IMG/VR virus record: IMGVR_UViG_3300012228_000003
Span: 3,050-67,049 of that record
Direction: 5' to 3' (one strand)
DNA: 64,000 nt
DNA from: a virus
Below, one piece after another: positions 61,949 to 64,000 of this stretch. The position numbers were made by a program, and so were the translations under genes. Each line of letters begins with the position of its first letter. The stretch's first letter is position 1. Under the pieces are notes generated by a model that saw only the letters and a program-made list of their open reading frames with translations, was not told the origin of the DNA and ran no database searches.

Positions 61949-62431
61949 CTAGTGGCCGGACCAGCGACACCAGGCGAGGGTGTCCGCGCTCGGATCGGTG
62001 ATCGCTTCGAGCAGCACCGCGACCTCGGTCTCAGGGCTGCCGGTCGTCGCGACGAGCATGCCGATGCCGTCGTCGACCATCATGATCTCGCCGACCGCAT
62101 GGTCATCGGCAGTGCCGGTGAGGTTGGTGACCAGCAGGTTCAGCTCGTCGCCGTCCTGCGGGAAGTACATCTTGGCGAAGTCGCCAGAGGCGTAGGCGGT
62201 GTTTGCGTCCCGACCGAGATACGGTTCGTAGTCGAGAACCGCAAAGGGTCCCTTCGGCTGGTCGCCGTCGGCAGCGCGATCGTAGACGGTCCAGGTGTGC
62301 TTGCCAGCCTTGAGAGCGACCGACGGGTCGATCTGGAGGATCATGCCCGGCTTGTAGGAGCCTGCCAAGTAGCCCCACTCGAAGTGCCCCCTGGCGTCGG
62401 GGTTCACCACGATCTTGTTTCCTCGTGCCAT
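61949..62431 (-). CDS. Head decoration protein
   Basis: Between protease and MCP; KPGM, YASGD. Confidence 0.65.
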   Translation of the reverse strand: MARGNKIVVNPDARGHFEWGYLAGSYKPGMILQIDPSVALKAGKHTWTVYDRAADGDQPKGPFAVLDYEPYLGRDANTAYASGDFAKMYFPQDGDELNLLVTNLTGTADDHAVGEIMMVDDGIGMLVATTGSPETEVAVLLEAITDPSADTLAWCRWSGH

Positions 62432-62491
62432 CGTCAATTCCTCCGGTTGAGTTGTGTATATTGATTGGGCGGTGATCGTCAGTGGTCGGCG

Positions 62492-63958
62492 CTAGGCCGT
62501 CTGCTGCCTGCGCAGCTTCGGCGAGGCCATCTCCTCGAAGTTGACTGCGAAGACCGGGAGCACGTTGTCCGAGTCGTCCTGCTCCTCCTCGTTGCCCACG
62601 ATCCCGCCGCCGGCTCCCGCACCACCTGCATAGGCGAAGGTCAGGGCCTCCTGGCGCTGGCCGTTCTGCACCGGCGCTTCGGGGATCAGGCTGACCAGCT
62701 CTTGCAGCTCGTCGAGGCTCTTGGTCATTAGCTTGGCTCCGGTCGCCTGACGCTTGGCCGCATCCGAGACGTTGCCGACGAGACGCTGAACGAGCTTGGC
62801 CTTGGCCTGCTTCTCCAGGCTCATCGCATTGGTTACGGCGGAGCGTACCTCCGGCGGCGCACCCTTGAGCCACTCGGTCGCGGTCTGCGGCTTCGCAGCC
62901 ACACTACCCTTCTTCTTGTTGCCAACCTTCTCCTGAGTGCCGCCCTCGGTCGCGGACATCGCGACCTTGTCCTCATCTTCGTCGTCCGCAGCCGGGGTCG
63001 CTCCCATCGTGACGCCATCGTCCATGACCGGCTCGGCAGGAGCGCCTCCGAGCTTCGAGCTGATCTCGTCGACCTTGCTCTTGAGCGCCGCCGCGAATGC
63101 GATGGGGTCGTCTGCCGGATTGAGGTCGACGCCGAGCAGGGTCGCCAGCTCGGTCCAGGGGACCCCGGCAACCGCCTCGTCGCCGCCGGCGTTGGCCTTC
63201 TTGTTCTTGATCTGGTTGACGACGAGGACCACCCTCGACTGGTTGACGAGCTTGGTCAGCTTGTCGTCGTCCATCTTGTCGAGGATCGCCTTGTCGCCCT
63301 TGCCCTTCCAACAGTCGCAGTTGGCGGTCAGGTGCTGGATCATGTCTTTCCGAGTCATGCTTACGTCTCCTTCAGTTGGTGTGGATTCTTCGTTGACGTT
63401 GACCCCGCAGCCATCCTTGTTCGAGCAGGCGCCCTTCGCATCGGGGAGGATGGCAAGGTGGTCGGGTCGGAAGTTGCGAGCGATGTGCTCGTAGGGAGTG
63501 TCGTTGTGGACGGCTCCGCTGGGAGCAGGCTCCTTGTCGAGGTCGAGGCCGGTGCTGATCTCGATGGGGGCGCCAGAGAGGAGTCTCGGCAGGATGCGGA
63601 TTGCAGGAGCGAGGGTCTTGTCGACCCGCTTGGTAGCCTCGACCTCGAACCACGCCTCGGCGCTGCGCCTGTTGTCTACGTACTGGTCCCTCAGCACCAA
63701 CCCGACCCCGCTCTTGTCGAGGACGTCGGGACTTCTGGCGGTGACGTGCTGCCCATCCTCGACCGGGTGGTAGACGACCAGCGGGACGTGGTTCCAGAGG
63801 CCGGGCCAGCGCTCGACCTCGTCTTCGGGGTAGTAGATCGGACCCTGGCTGCCGTTGAGGACTCCGGGCACGATCAGCGTCAGCGGCGCGACGAGGTAGT
63901 CTCGCCCGCCCATCTGCTGCGGCACCGCCCTGCCTAGATTGACCAAGAGGGATTCCAT
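62492..63958 (-). CDS. Prohead protease/scaffold (DUF2213-like)
   Basis: GVLNGS, WNHVPLVVYHP, EISTG, PDHLAILP..GACS..DGCG; acidic scaffold-like C-terminus. Confidence 0.8.
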   Translation of the reverse strand: MESLLVNLGRAVPQQMGGRDYLVAPLTLIVPGVLNGSQGPIYYPEDEVERWPGLWNHVPLVVYHPVEDGQHVTARSPDVLDKSGVGLVLRDQYVDNRRSAEAWFEVEATKRVDKTLAPAIRILPRLLSGAPIEISTGLDLDKEPAPSGAVHNDTPYEHIARNFRPDHLAILPDAKGACSNKDGCGVNVNEESTPTEGDVSMTRKDMIQHLTANCDCWKGKGDKAILDKMDDDKLTKLVNQSRVVLVVNQIKNKKANAGGDEAVAGVPWTELATLLGVDLNPADDPIAFAAALKSKVDEISSKLGGAPAEPVMDDGVTMGATPAADDEDEDKVAMSATEGGTQEKVGNKKKGSVAAKPQTATEWLKGAPPEVRSAVTNAMSLEKQAKAKLVQRLVGNVSDAAKRQATGAKLMTKSLDELQELVSLIPEAPVQNGQRQEALTFAYAGGAGAGGGIVGNEEEQDDSDNVLPVFAVNFEEMASPKLRRQQTA

Positions 63959-63995
63959 GAACGAAATCTAGCAAGGCGGGGAAGGAATAGAAAGA
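63959..63995 (-). promoter_or_regulatory. Putative late promoter, leaderless
   Basis: TAGATT 6 nt upstream of ATG 63958; no SD sequence. Confidence 0.4.
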
Positions 63996-64000
63996 GGAAA

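Overview
Near-complete genome of a GC-rich tailed (siphovirus-like) dsDNA phage, apparently cut inside the portal gene. Host is unknown; Planctomycetota is a tentative inference. Gene order on the minus strand: portal (partial), split large terminase and small terminase; a Topo VI-A-like Toprim protein; a DNA-modification block; then a replication/recombination block (primase-helicase, PolA, AAA ATPase, HD hydrolase, PD-(D/E)xK nuclease, UDG, RuvC). A divergent plus-strand block follows, including a UvrD-like helicase with a class 3 intein. Back on the minus strand come an NDP-sugar/glycosyltransferase cluster and the tail, membrane/lysis and head genes. No integrase, CRISPR array, reverse transcriptase or canonical tRNA was seen. 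The most striking locus is 6888-11977. It pairs a CmoA-type carboxy-SAM synthase with a C5-cytosine methyltransferase whose motif X reads GRAV instead of GNAV, which predicts 5-carboxymethylcytosine DNA. The methyltransferase is fused to a UDG-like domain and carries tandem TRD-like modules. Three free-standing TRD-like mini-genes lie beside cmoA. These mini-genes and the N-terminal module of the methyltransferase each contain a simple-sequence repeat (G9, (CT)6, C9, (AGCC)5), two of which are currently out of frame. Together this suggests a phase-variable, modular-specificity DNA hypermodification system. All assignments are from motif recognition by eye; no searches were run.
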